A stretch of 64,000 bases of DNA from contig OX597838.1 in assembly GCA_951406725.2 (NCBI GenBank), positions 16,802,001 to 16,866,000 of the forward strand, in the 5' to 3' direction. A program made the translations under genes and the position numbers. Below, one piece after another: positions 1-13,282 of the stretch (within the stretch, counting starts at the first letter, position 1; every line of letters begins with the position of its first letter). The notes below the pieces were generated by a model. That model was not told where the DNA came from, ran no database searches, and saw only the letters and a program-made list of their open reading frames with translations. The stretch comes from Octopus vulgaris. Its lineage: Eukaryota.

Positions 1-400
1 GAATGCTTTGGTTTTTCTCTGATGAGAAAAACTTAATTGTACACGTATCCCTGAAATGCTTAGCCGCTTACAAGCTAATTCAATGAACTAGTAATTCAGA
101 TGACCTAACAAATGAGTAATCATTGTCGAAAACAGCTGGAGTTTCACTTTTACTTTTTATATGAATGCATGCATGTCATGGCGTTGTATCTGCACTTGTT
201 TTTACTTTACGGACAAATCGAAAAAAAAAGAAAAAGAAAAAAATCTCAATAATTCTCAGAATATTGCATAGCATTCTCTGAACGCAGCAATTTTTACTTT
301 TAAACCCCACCGTTCTTCTCTAATTTGTAGTGTAATTGTATGCGCTCCATGCGTTAAATGCTCGATCATAGCATACCTTTCGGCGCAATGGCCCATACCT

Positions 401-784
401 GGAGGCGCAATGGCCCAGTGGTTAGGGCAGCGGACTCGCGGTCATAGGATTGCGGTTTCGATTCCCAGACCGGGCGTTGTGAGTGTTTATTGAGCGAAAA
501 CACCTAAAAGCTCCACGAGGCTCCGGCAGGGGATGGTGGTGATCCCTGCTGTACTCTTTCACCACAACTTTCTCTCACTCTTACTTCCTGTTTCTGCTGT
601 ACCTGTATTTCAAAGGGCCAGCCTTGTCACTCTCTGTGTCACGCTGAATATCCCCGAGAACTACGTTAAGGGTGCACGTGTCTGTGGAGTGCTCAGCCAC
701 TTACACGTTAATTTCACGAGCAGGCTGTTCCGTTGATTCGGATCAACCGGAGCCCTCATCGTCGTAACCGACGGAGTGCTTCCA
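401..784 (+). mobile_element. tRNA-derived SINE directly upstream of the ELP5 ATG
   Basis: A box (tggcccagtgg) and B box (ggtttcgattcc); the same head recurs at 11067-11373(-), 16380-16638(+), 37815-38112(+). Confidence 0.85.
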
Positions 785-892
785 TCCCCGTAGGATACCT
801 AGGGCTAAACAGTAAGAAGAAAAGTAACGACAATTTAATCAAGGGAGATAACTCTAAACTCGATACGACAAGAGGTCAAAACGATAAAAAGC

Positions 893-947
893 ATGTTGGA
901 AAACTTGCTCAGAGGTTCTGAACAATCAAAAGTTGTTTTGATACAAG
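893..947 (+). CDS. ELP5: ELP5 coding exon 1 (MLENLLRGSEQSKVVLIQ)
   Basis: ATG at 893; donor GTAATT at 948; phase fits exon 2. Confidence 0.85.
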
Positions 948-1964
948 GTAATTAATCATTTGGACTTCTTTTTGCGTCTTTAATATCCTTGATGGAACAG
1001 GGATGTTATACCTTCTCAGTTCTCGTCCCCTAAGTATTTTTCATGCTTCATGCCTGGAAATCGTTTCTGCTGTTAAATTGTTTTAAACCTTTTTCTGCTT
1101 TGTATTTTCGTGTTTTTTTTTTAAGAATTATTTTCGTCTGCTGGGAAGAATACTTCGGATAATAGGTTGAAGAATGGTTCTTTGGATTTGCTTCTCTTAG
1201 CAAAGAACAATAATGTCTTTCCCCACCACTTTTTTTGTGAAATATACTGGTTCTACTCTACACCTTTTGTTGATCTTTAATCCCATGCCAGTCCCACCGG
1301 AACCTATAGCCAAAAAACAACCAAATCGGGACTGGCAACCCTTTATATTAATAGTAGCCCTTCATGTTACAGCTCTAAACTCGCAAAAAATAACCCCAAA
1401 AAAAACAAAAAAAAACAGAAGCTAGAGTACGAATAAAAATAAAAAACAAACACGAATGTCATTAAATTCTCGAAAGAAACAAATAGTCTTTCATTTATGT
1501 ATGCGTAATAATGTTTCTTTTTTTTTTTGGTTAGTATAAAATATAATTTTGTGTGTGTGCAAAGCAAGGATAACTTCGTTTAATCTAATCCAATATGACA
1601 TCATCACCAATACTCGTTTAATAAGCTACGAAACAAGAAGTCCAGCTTCCTGAAGCATTGCCCCCTCAAAGTCGTGTATTATATAAAGCAATACGATTCC
1701 TTTGAAATATATATATTTTTTTACGCAGTTATATATTTTATACTGAAGGGAAAAAACAACATTAAATATTGTAAACTGTATTTCATTTGGGTGTGTTTGT
1801 AAGCATAACTTTGTTGTGAAGAAGTTCGTTCGCTAGTCAAGGTTTCATGTTTCTTATTCTTTTGTAAGCCCAGTACTTATTCTATTGGTCTCTTTTGCCG
1901 AAACGCTAAGTAACGGGGACATAAACACACCAGCATCGGTTGTCAAGCAATGCTAGGGGGACAA

Positions 1965-2011
<47 letters not shown>

Positions 2012-5000
2012 GTTGGCGATATGTGTGTCTGTGTTTGTCCCCCCCCTCCGTTTGACAACCGGTGTTGGTGTGTTTATATCCCTGTAACTTCACGGTTCCT
2101 TAAAAGAGACCGATTGATTAAGTAACGGGCTTTAAACAAATAAGTACTGGGGTTGATTCATTCAACTAAAAAATTTTCAAGCCAGTGCCCCACCATATTG
2201 CTTTAGTCTAATGACCGAAACAAGTAAAAGATATAAGATATATATCATCATCATCATCGTCGTTTAACGTCCGCTTTCCATGCTAGCATGGGTTGGACGG
2301 TTCAACTGGGGTCTGGGAAGCCAGAAGTCTGCACCAGGCCCAGTCTGATCTGGCAATGTTTCTACGGCTGGATGCCCTTCCTAACGCCAACCACTCCATG
2401 AGTGTAGTGGGTGCTTTTTACGTGCCACCTGCACAGGTGCCAAGCGAGGCTGGCGAACAGCCACGATCGGATGGTGCTTTTTACATGCCACCGGTGGTTG
2501 AAAATAAGGTAAAAGATGACTCATCCGAGAAAATAACATCCTTTCAGGTTCAATAAATTAAGTACCAGTGAAACACTGGGGTTGATGTAATCAACTATAC
2601 CCCTCCCCCAAATTTCAGGTCTTGTGCCTACAGTAGAAAAGATTATTATTATTACTACTATTATTATTATGGCGGTAAGCTGACAGGATCGTTAGCATGT
2701 TGGGTGGAATACTTGAAGCATTTCTTCTGTTTTCACATTCTGGGTTCAAATTCTCCCAAGGTTAACTTTACCTTTTAGTCTTTCAGGGTCGATGAAATGA
2801 ATACCAGTTGAGTACTGGGGTTGATGTAATCGATTAGCCCCCTCCCCCAAAATTTCAGGCCTTGTGCCTATATTAGAAAGGATAGTTATCATCATCATCA
2901 TCATCATCACTTTGTTTAATTAGACTTTAATATACCAATTTTCATTTCAGATACAGTAAAACAATCTGGTTACCCACTGACTGCATGCTTTCTCAAGTTT
3001 CTATCGACCAGGTTCGTATATGGGTCTTTCGTTATTTTTATTTTTTTAAATTCATTTAACTGTCTCACTCAAGATAGCATTGGAAACATGTAATAAAAGA
3101 TCTTTTTTTCCAGAGTCAAGAATCTTGCCTTGTTGTCAGGGAAGCTGTCAGAGGGAGAAAGTTATTCTAAAGAAAGTTATCAGTTCCATTGTGGATGACA
3201 CCAGTCTTTGTGGATATCCAAAGGAATCCTGTATGGACAATATCCACTTTAACCCTTTAGCATTTAAACCAGCTAGATCCAGCCAAAATGTTCTACGTGT
3301 TTTTATGTTCAAACTGACCAGATCTGGCTTCTTACACCAATCCTTCTATATCATTCTAAAAATAAACAATCATAGCATCAAAGTCCCAAAGCTGGCAGAT
3401 AATGCATGATTGATTCAAAACAACATGAATAAATAAGAATAATCTGAATGCTAAAGGGTTGAGCTTATTTTTTTTAATATTTTGTTATTTTATACATACA
3501 GGGATGGATGGATGGGTAGTTTCATAAGAGCGTGAGGAGAGAGTGTGTTTATTATTCATGGCTTATATCTTTGACGTTAGGAAGGGCATCCAGCTGTAGA
3601 AACACTGCCAGATCAGACTGGAGCTTGGTGCAGCCTCCTGGCTTCCCAGACCCAAGTCGAACCATCCAACCCATGCTAACACGGAAAGCGGACGTTAAAC
3701 TATGAGAGAGAGAGAGAAATACATACATGTATATAGGCATGCAGACATGCATACGCTCATACATGTACACACATATACATACATATGAACATACATACGT
3801 ATGTATGTACGTACATACGTATGTATGTACGTATGTATGTACATATGTATGTACTACATAGGTATGTATGTACGCATGCATGCACGCACATATATACATA
3901 TCATGAACTAACTGTTACTTTCTCAGATGCAGCACAGAATTTTGTCTGATCAGGTCAGGGTCTCAAAGCGACAAAAATATTTTGACAAATTAAATTTAAA
4001 TGTTGAAGTGAATCTAATGGTTTTTGTGTTTCTTAAATGGCTTATAAATACCTTCCATGCTGCAATTGTTATTTTATTTATTTTTCATAAATTATCATCA
4101 TCATTATATTAACACCCACTTTGCCATGCCCACATGGGTTGGATGGAATTTGTTGAGATGGATTTTCTATGACCAGACACCCTTTCTATTATTGACCCTC
4201 ACCTGTTTCCAAGTAAGGTAATATGTTTCTGTGGAAGATTGGGAACAAAGGACATCACCTGCAGAATCTTGGTAAAACTCACAAAGACAACATCATGTGA
4301 TGGCAAGGTAAAGAGATAGTAACACATGCCCATACACACACAAATATATATATATATATATTGGATTGTCCGGAAAGTTCACGCCAATTTATAGTAGCTT
4401 ACCTTTCGACTTATTTTAGAACATGGTTGAGTCCATAAAATAGGATTTGACTACACCTCCATTTAGAGCACAGTTTAAGCTATCTTTGCGTGGAAGAAGG
4501 TTTATGTTCCTATAACCTGTGTTAATTCTGTAACCCTTTAAAATGGAAGATAAGAAAGTTCATTTTCGGCACTTGATGCTTTGGGAACCAGACAAAAATT
4601 ACTGCAGCTCGGCTTGGATGTGTTACCCCACCCTCCATATTCACCAGATATTGCTCCTTCGGAATGAAACAAGTAGCAGATAAAGCATTAGGGGTTTTAT
4701 ACACTTGACTAAAACTCTCAAGCCCAGTGCCCCAGCACGGCCACAGTCCAATAAATGAAATCATAAAAAAATAGAAAAATGTCTAACTTAACCCTTCATC
4801 TCTTCGGAACTAATACAGTAAATACCAGTTGTACTCAACTATATCCTTTCCCTTCACATTCTTTATTGTTATTATTATTATTATTATTAGATATGAGCAA
4901 GTTCATGTGCTGCTTCTTGATCCGAGTGCTGAATGTTTAAGGAACATCGTCCCTGAAGAAAATATATCAAGGTACGTGTGTTGCTTTGCATTTGTCAAGT

Positions 5001-8000
5001 TGGTAGCCAGTCAAATTATTACAGTTGATGAAATGGGTTTTCTCCCTTGTCCTTACCGTATTTCCATCGAAATACTCTGCCTTAAGTGAAGGCGGAGGTA
5101 TTGTTTGCAGACCAAATTCCGCCGAGGCCGACTTTGCCTTTCATCCTTTCGGGGTCGATAAATAAAGTACCAGTTACGCACTGGGGTCGATGTAATCGAC
5201 TTAATACCTATGTCTGTCCCCTCTGTGTTTAGCCCCTTGTGGGTAATAAAGAAATAGGTATTGTTTGCAGTCTTGTTTGTTTGTCTGTAGACAAGATATC
5301 TCAAGAACTGTTTGATGGATCCGAATGAAACTTTCAGAGATATTTGGCCTTCTGACTGGCAGGAACTGATTAGATTTTGGGGTTGATCCTGTACCGGACA
5401 CGGATTCTGGATCATTTGTTATATTTACGGCCATATCACGTTGAAAGCACCGGTTCTCGTCTGATCACCGAAGTTAAGCAACGTCGAGCCTAATCAGTAC
5501 TTAGATGGGTGATCGCTTGGGTAACCTAGGTGCAGTAAGCATAGCACATTGTTTAAAGGCGGCGAGCTGGCAGAAACGTAAGCGCGCCAGGCGAAATGCG
5601 TAGCCGTATTTCGTCTGTCGTTACGTTCTGAGTTCAAATTCCGCCGAGGTCGACTTTGCCTTTCATCCTTTCGGGGTCGATAAAGTACCAGCTTCCCACT
5701 GGGGTCGATGTAATCGACTTAATCCCTTTGTCTGTCCTTGTTTGTCCCCTCTATGTTTAGCCCCTTGTGGGCAGTAAAGAAATACATTTGTTATATTTAC
5801 TTTACTTTGCATGAAGTATTACAATCTTACGTTCTTTCAAGTCTTTTTCTGATTATCTCTTTTACAAATCATCTCCGGCTAATTGTTGAGAGGATGCTGG
5901 TGATGCTTTAGTGGAGGTTTGTGTTCTTTGATTGCTCTTGTTTCAATTAATTTTGAAATATATGGTAGCAGGCTGACAGAATCGTTAGCACACCAGGTAA
6001 AATGCATAGGGGCACTCTCTCTGTTTTTACATTTTGAGTTCAAATTCTGCCATGGTCAGCTTTGCCTTTTGTTCTTTCAGGGTCAATAAAATAAGTACCA
6101 GTTTCAGGATTGATTTAATTGATTTAGTCCCTTCTCTGAAATTGCTGGACATATGCCAAAATTTGAAACCGATTTTGAAAGAAATGAAGAATTTAGTATA
6201 ATTCCAATTGAAGTTGGATGTAGAGGGTTTGTTGGACACAGTGTGAGACGACTGTTGTTATCGTTAGGCCTAACTCATCGTAAAGTCAATACCACCATGA
6301 CCGATATCCAAACTACAGAGGAGAAGGCTAGCCACTGGATTTGGTTAAAAAGAGACGATGAGCAATGGATAGAGAAATAATGAGCTTTATTTAATAACCA
6401 GTTGATCTAGCAAGCGGGGTCTCATATCAGTGAGGGGGGCTGGTGCGCATTGATGCCGTCGAGAGGTAGGCCCCGAAACAGTGCGCATTCTCTCCTGATG
6501 ACCCCATACACTTGCTGGCTTCCGGTAACCCAACTGAAACTGGCTCTGGCTCTGAGTACAAATGCCTTGTTTTCAAAAGTCCTGAACTAAAATCTTCCAC
6601 CAAACCTTAGTCACAATTTATGTTCCTAACACTAGCTGAATGATAACTAAGTTATTTTACTAAATTCTTTGTTATATTTAAAGTAATTGAAAGAAACACA
6701 GAGCTTCTCAAAATAAATACAGTAACGAAAGGGTTAAGAAGAAAAATAATCAGCAGAAATAATAGCCTAAATTTCCTCCAATCTGCACCCTTCCAACTGC
6801 TTCTAATGTGCATCAGCCCAAATGTAGAGGTGTGTGTAACCCTTTCGATACCAACCCGGCTGAAACCACCTCTGGCTCTATAGTACAAATGTCTTGTTTT
6901 CATAAGTTTTGAATTAAAATCTTCCACCAAACCTTAGTCACAATTTATGTTCCTAACACTAGCTGAATGATAACTAAGTTATTTTATTAAATTCTTCGTT
7001 ATATTTAAAGTAATTGAAAGAAACACAGAGCATCTCAAAATAAATACAGTAATAATAATAATAATAATTGTGTACAGTGCTCAGGTGCACTACAACTCAT
7101 CTAAAGTGTATATATAATCAGGTGTAGTTTCGGCGGATTTCGGAAAGCATGAGGGCCTTAAAGGATGCAGTGTCATGGCAGTCAACAACTGACGCAGGCA
7201 GTTTGTTCCATGCTTCAGCAACTCTGGGCGTGAAAAAATGTTTCCGAAAGTCATGGGAGCTGTGTTGTTTTCTGACTTTGTAGGCATGTCCACGTGTGTT
7301 GGACACATGGAGATCAAAAAGGTGTAATGAAAGGGTTAAAACAATGAGGAGGATGTTATGACCCCATACACTTGCTGGCTTCTGGTAACCCAGCTGAAAC
7401 CGACTCTGGCTCTGAGTACAAATGTTTTTCTTGAACTTTCTCAAAAGAAGTCAATAATTTGTCATTTTCCATTGTTCCAGATGTATCTATCACAACCTAT
7501 ACTCTGATCCCCTAAACTGGTTAGGCAATGCAGATGTTACAGTTACAAGCACAGATTTCATTGACTTCCTCCAGCGCAAGATCACCAGTTCAGTTCACAA
7601 TGTTGCTGTTGTCATTTGTTCTCTAACCAGCTTGATAATTCATCGGTCTCCAGCGTATACCTGCCAGTTCTTAGAGAAATTAGGAAACAGACATTCGTCA
7701 CCATTTCCTGGTAAGTACATGTGTATGGCTGAGTGGTTAAGAAGCTCACTTGGTAACCGCATGGTTTTGAGTTCAGTCCTATTGTGTAGTACCATGAGCT
7801 TCACGATAAAACAAGGTCTGGTGAATGTATTTAGTGGGTGGAAAAGGTGTGGAAATTCACTGCACGTGTGTGTATGTGCATGCATGTGTCTTCACTACTT
7901 GACAACTCTGTTAGTTTGTTTAATAAAATAAAATAAATGCGCCCTTTTAAAGCCTAGCCAAGCTCATGGGCCCGGTTTCCCGGTTTCAATGGCGTATGTG

Positions 8001-11000
8001 TTCCGCAACTGGACAGGATGCCAGCCCATCGCAGCATTACCCATTTTTGCCAGCTGAGTGGACTGGAGCAACATGAAATGAAGTGTTTTGCTCAAGAACA
8101 CAACGCGTCGCCCGGTTCAGGAATCGAAACCACAATCTTACGATCATGATGCTGACACCCTAACCACTAAGCCTCCACTTTAGTTTGTTTACATCTTTGT
8201 AACTTACCAGTTTGACAAAAAAAGACTGATAAAATAAGAGCCAGGCTTAAAATTCTGGACATCACCTTGGAGGACGCAGAGGGGCTGGCACAGGACCGCC
8301 AGCAATGGAGAGCACTGGTGGATCTAGTCGGCTCTATGCATGATGACATCTTAGGGACCATTAACCTTGGACAACCTCAGTCCCCTCATGGAAGAGCATG
8401 AAGCAAGGCTTACAATTGGTATTGCAGTCAATTTGTTCCACTGCCCCTGTTGAATGACCACATAGAGGTTCTCTTGTTGACTCAACCCTTATCTACTTAC
8501 TGTTAAGTGTACAGAGTCAGAAGGGGTTAAATGTTTTGGCCATTGAGACAGTTCAGGTCTAGTGACATCAGACTCCAATCTGATCTGGCAGAGTTTCTAC
8601 AGCTGGATGCCCTTCCTAACGCCAACCACTCTGAGAGTGTAGTGGGTGCTTTTACGTTCCACCGGCACGAGGGCCAGCCAGGCAGTACTGGCAACGGCCA
8701 TGCTCAAATGGTGCTTTTTATGTGCCACCTGCACAGGAGCCAGTCCAGCGGCACTGGCAACGACCTCGCTCGAATGTTTTTACAGCTGGATGCCCTTCCT
8801 AACGCCAACCACTCTGAGAGTGTAGTGGGTGCTTTTACGTTCCACCGGCACGAGGGCCAGCCAGGCAGTACTGGCAACGGCCATGCTCAAATGGTGCTTT
8901 TTATGTGCCACCTGCACAGGAGCCAGTCCAGCGGCACTGGCAACGACCTCGCTCGAATGTTTTTACAGCTGGATGCCCTTCCTAACGCCAACCACTCTGA
9001 GAGTGTAGTGGGTGCTTTTACGTTCCACCGGCACGAGGGCCAGCCAGGCAGTACTGGCAACGGCCATGCTCAAATGGTGCTTTTTATGTGCCACCTGCAC
9101 AGGAGCCAGTCCAGCGGCATTGATAACGACCTCGCTCGAATGTTTTTACAGCTGGATGCCCTTCCTAACGCCAACCACTCTGAGAGTGTAGTGGGTGCTT
9201 TACGTTCCACCGGCACGAGGGCCAGCCAGGCAGTACTGGCAACGGCCATGCTCAAATGGTGCTTTTTATGTGCCACCTGCACAGGAGCCAGTCCAGCGGC
9301 ACTGGCAACGACCTCGCTCGAATGTTTTTACAGCTGGATGCCCTTCCTAACGCCAACCACTCTGAGAGTGTAGTGGGTGCTTTTACGTTCCACCGGCACG
9401 AGGGCCAGCCAGGCAGTACTGGCAACGGCCATGCTCAAATTGTGCTTTTTATGTGCCACCTGCACAGGAGCCAGTCCAGCGGCACTGGCAACGACCTCGC
9501 TCGAATGTTTTTACAGCTGGATGCCCTTCCTAACGCCAACCACTCTGAGAGTGTAGTGGGTGCTTTTACGTTCCACCGGCACGAGGGCCAGCCAGGCAGT
9601 ACTGGCAACGGCCATGCTCAAATGGTGCTTTTTATGTGCCACCTGCACAGGAGCCAGTCCAGCGGCACTGGCAACGACCTCGCTCGAATGTTTTTACTGC
9701 TGGATGCCCTTCCTAACGCCAACCACTCTGAGAGTGTAGTGGGTGCTTTTACGTGCCACCGGCATGAGGGCCAGCCAGGCAGTACTGGCAACGGCCATGC
9801 TCAAATTGTGCTTTTTATGTGCCACCTGCACAGGAGCCAGTCCAGCGGCACTGGCAACGACCTCGCTCAAATGTTTTTACTGCTGGATGCCCTTCCTAAC
9901 GCCAACCACTCTGAGAGTGTAGTGGGTGCTCTTACGTGCCACCAGCATGAGTGGCAGTAAGGTGACGCAGGTAATGATTACGCTCGAACGGTGTTTTTTA
10001 CGTGCCCATCGGTACGGAGGCCAGCTTGTTGCTCTGGCAACGATAATTAGATGTCACTTATTATGATAGTGATTTGTACTCTTGTATATTTCCAGATGTT
10101 TCTATTGGTCAAGTTGTATCTCTAGTACACCAGGACCTACACAATGAATATACTCTAAAACAGCTTCGGTATGTTTCAAGCAGTGTGATAAGCCTTCTGG
10201 AAGATTCATCAGTGAATCACCTCACCAACTGCAATGTGGTTCATCGCCGACTTTCTGGAAAGATCTTCAAAAGTGTTAGTACTCACTTAGTTTCATTGGT
10301 TTGTTGTTGCTTCTGTTATTTTATCTGAGCCAATCTGTGGCCATCACACATTTATTTGAGCCTTTTGTGTTACCATTATTTCTATTGAAATATGCCCTCT
10401 TTACTACAATTAAGGCAACTTCATTGTAGTAACCATGTGCGACTCTCCCTTCTGGCACTAGATGTCCGCACTGCGACCGATCTTTTCAAGCAAGAATTGG
10501 TCTTATCGGTCACCTTCGGACTCACCAGTAAATTTGTGCGAAGACCATCATCCTCGACCTTGAGGGATTGCAATCATCATCACTACAATTAATTTAGAAA
10601 ATAATAAAGAATATAAAAAAAAAATAAATGCACCCTTTTAAAGCCTAGCCAGGCTCATGGGCCCGGTTTCCCAGTTTCAATGGTCTATGTGTTCCCCAGC
10701 TGGACGGGATGCCAGTCCATCGCAGCGTTACTCACTTTTGCCAGCTGAGTGGACTGGAGCAATGTTAAATGAAGTGTTTTGCTCAAGAATACAACACGTT
10801 GCCCGGTCCAGGAATTGAAACCACAATCTTACAATCATGATGCTGATGCCCTAACCACTTAGCCACATGCCTCCACAATAAATAATATAGTAAAATATAT
10901 ATATATTAGCAACAGAGGCAGTATTCATACTGCAAGGTAATACCTATCCCCACTTAAATATGGATGTTCTGTTAGCACAAGCTATACTGTGGCAGATAGC

Positions 11001-13226
11001 ACGAGAGAAACTCTCATATTGGCTTTTGGTACACAATACACTCTTGTTTGTATTCTTCTCTTCTTGCCCTTTTCAAGCCTAGCCAGGCTCATGGGCCTGG
11101 TTACCTGGTTTCTATGGCGTATGTGCCCCCCCCCCCCCCAGCTGGACGGGATACTAGTCCATCACAGCGTTACTCAAAAAACAGGAAAAAAGAATGAGAG
11201 AAAGTTGGGGCGAAAGAGTACAACAGGGGTCACTACTACCCCCTGCCGGAGCCTCGTGGAGCTTTTAGGTGCTTTTGCTCAATAAACACACACAATGCCT
11301 GGTCTGGGAATCGAAACCGCGATCCTCCGACCGCGAGTCCGCTGCCCTAACCACTGGGCCATTGTGCCTCCACCTTGTTTATACTGCTGCACCAAAAACC
11401 AACATCAGTGTTTCTCTCGTGGTAACTACTGCAGTAAATTTTTTTCTAACAGAGCATCCATGTTTAACTTTTTAGCATTCAAACTGTCCATATCCAGCCC
11501 AAATATTCTACTTGTTTCATGTTCAGCATGACCAGATCCTGTCCCTCACACTTAACCTACAATGTCATTCTGAAAATAAGCAATCACGTCATTAAGATCT
11601 TGAAGCTACAAGATAATTCGTGGTTAATTCAAAACAATGTGAATAAACAAGCATTACATTTAACAGAGTAATCTGAATGTTAAAGGGTTGAACCTAATTA
11701 CGTTAATTATCTTCATTTACTTTTTCTCTGTTTTCCAGAAAGAACAGTATCAATTATTGAATAGCTTTGAACTGAAAGCTGTTAAAGAACTGCAGACCAC
11801 AAACCTCAGGCCTAATGATAGACCTCAGGTTAGTAATTCTCTTCACAGGCAGCAATACATGGTATCATTAGCGATAGATAGCTCTTGGTATTCTTAATCC
11901 ACTGAAATCATCATCATCATCATCGTCGTCATCATTTAACGTCCGCTTTCCAAGCTGGCATGGGTTGGACGGTTTGACTGAGGACTGGCGAGCCAGATGG
12001 CTGCACCAGGCTCCAATCTGATCTGGCAGTGTTTCTACAGCTGGATGCCCTTCCTAACGCCACCCACTACATTGATTTCATGGAGAGAAGTGAGCTGATG
12101 TGCGGCACGAACATTTGATCACTATAAACAAATCATTTGTGCAGGTCATTCAGCAAAAGCTTAATGCTCATAGGTTGTCTTCAATGGGAGAGTCCATTAT
12201 CATCATAATCATCATATTTAATGTCCGTTTTCCATGCTAGCACAGGTTGGACGGTTCAACCGTGGTCTGGCAAGCCAGGAGGCTGCACCAGACTCCAGTC
12301 TGATCTGGCAGTGTTTCTACAGCTGGATGTCCTTCCTAACGCCAACCGCTCCGAGAGTGTAGTGGGTGCTTTTACATGCCACTGGCACAAGGGCCAGTCA
12401 GGCGGTTCTGGCAACGACCACGCTCAGAAGGTGTTTTTTACATGCTACCTGCATGGGAGCCAGTCCGGCGGCACTGGCGACGACCACACTAGGGATAAGA
12501 AATTAATGGAAATGATTCTAAGTAGTTGCTAAAGTTGTTAGAGAAATCTTGGACAAGAGTCTTCTACTGTAGCCCAAGGCTGACCACCAGTACCTTGGTA
12601 GTGAAAATGGTTGTTGGGAACTGTACATAAGTCACTATACATGTGTGAGTGTCCCCCTGCATTTGAATATGTGTTTAAACTGGTGTTACATTTAAATTGT
12701 ATCCCTTTATGTCTCATAACTTAGCTGTTTGACAAACAAGTATTGATAAAATAAGCACCATACTGAAATAAGTACTGGGACAATAACAATCAATGAAACC
12801 TTTCAGGTTGGTGCCAATGGTGCCAATGCAGTGATTTTCTCGGTGGACTCAAGATGTAACATAATTTATTTGAAATTGCATTATCTTTTCCCTATTATTC
12901 AGTATAATTCTCTTATCAGCCAAAATTCATTTTAGTCACCAATATCAACAGTATACCTTATACCACAAACAAAATAAATATTTCGTTGTTCATTTGTACT
13001 AGGCCTTCTCTCATTTTCTTACTTTCTTCATGGAAAATAACAAATTCCGTTTTTTTTTCTTTCTATCCTTTTAACCATTGGCTTATTTCAGGTCGATCCT
13101 ACAGCTAATTTGACATTCAAACTTAACTTGTCGGACACAGAAAAAGTTGCACGTAGCCAACAAGTACTACCTCATATTCAAATACAAAACAGGTAAGAGA
13201 CAAAAGTTGTTTGTGTGTGTTTCTGA

Positions 13227-13282
<56 letters not shown>

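Larger units (their letters stand above)
5075..5943 (+). mobile_element. Non-autonomous Helentron/DINE-1-like (HINE) element carrying two nested insertions
   Basis: 5' short inverted repeat (ctctgcc..ggcggag), gtttgtctgt tract, gatcc..ggatc hairpin and 3' ggaggtttg..gctcttgttt end, as recalled for HINEs. Confidence 0.55.

Noticed and set aside
401-475. tRNA gene
   Set aside because: The A/B boxes belong to a SINE head that continues into a repeated body; no proper acceptor stem or terminator.
6416-6505. Hammerhead ribozyme in the HERO 3'UTR (has GAAA and CTGATGA)
   Set aside because: CTGATGA is paired within the long stem, and I could not build the three-way junction.
8531-9960. 280-aa and 234-aa repetitive ORFs
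   Set aside because: Artefact of the 183-bp (divisible by 3) SINE-derived array inside ELP5 intron 4; a 1-nt deletion breaks the frame and there is no separate gene structure.
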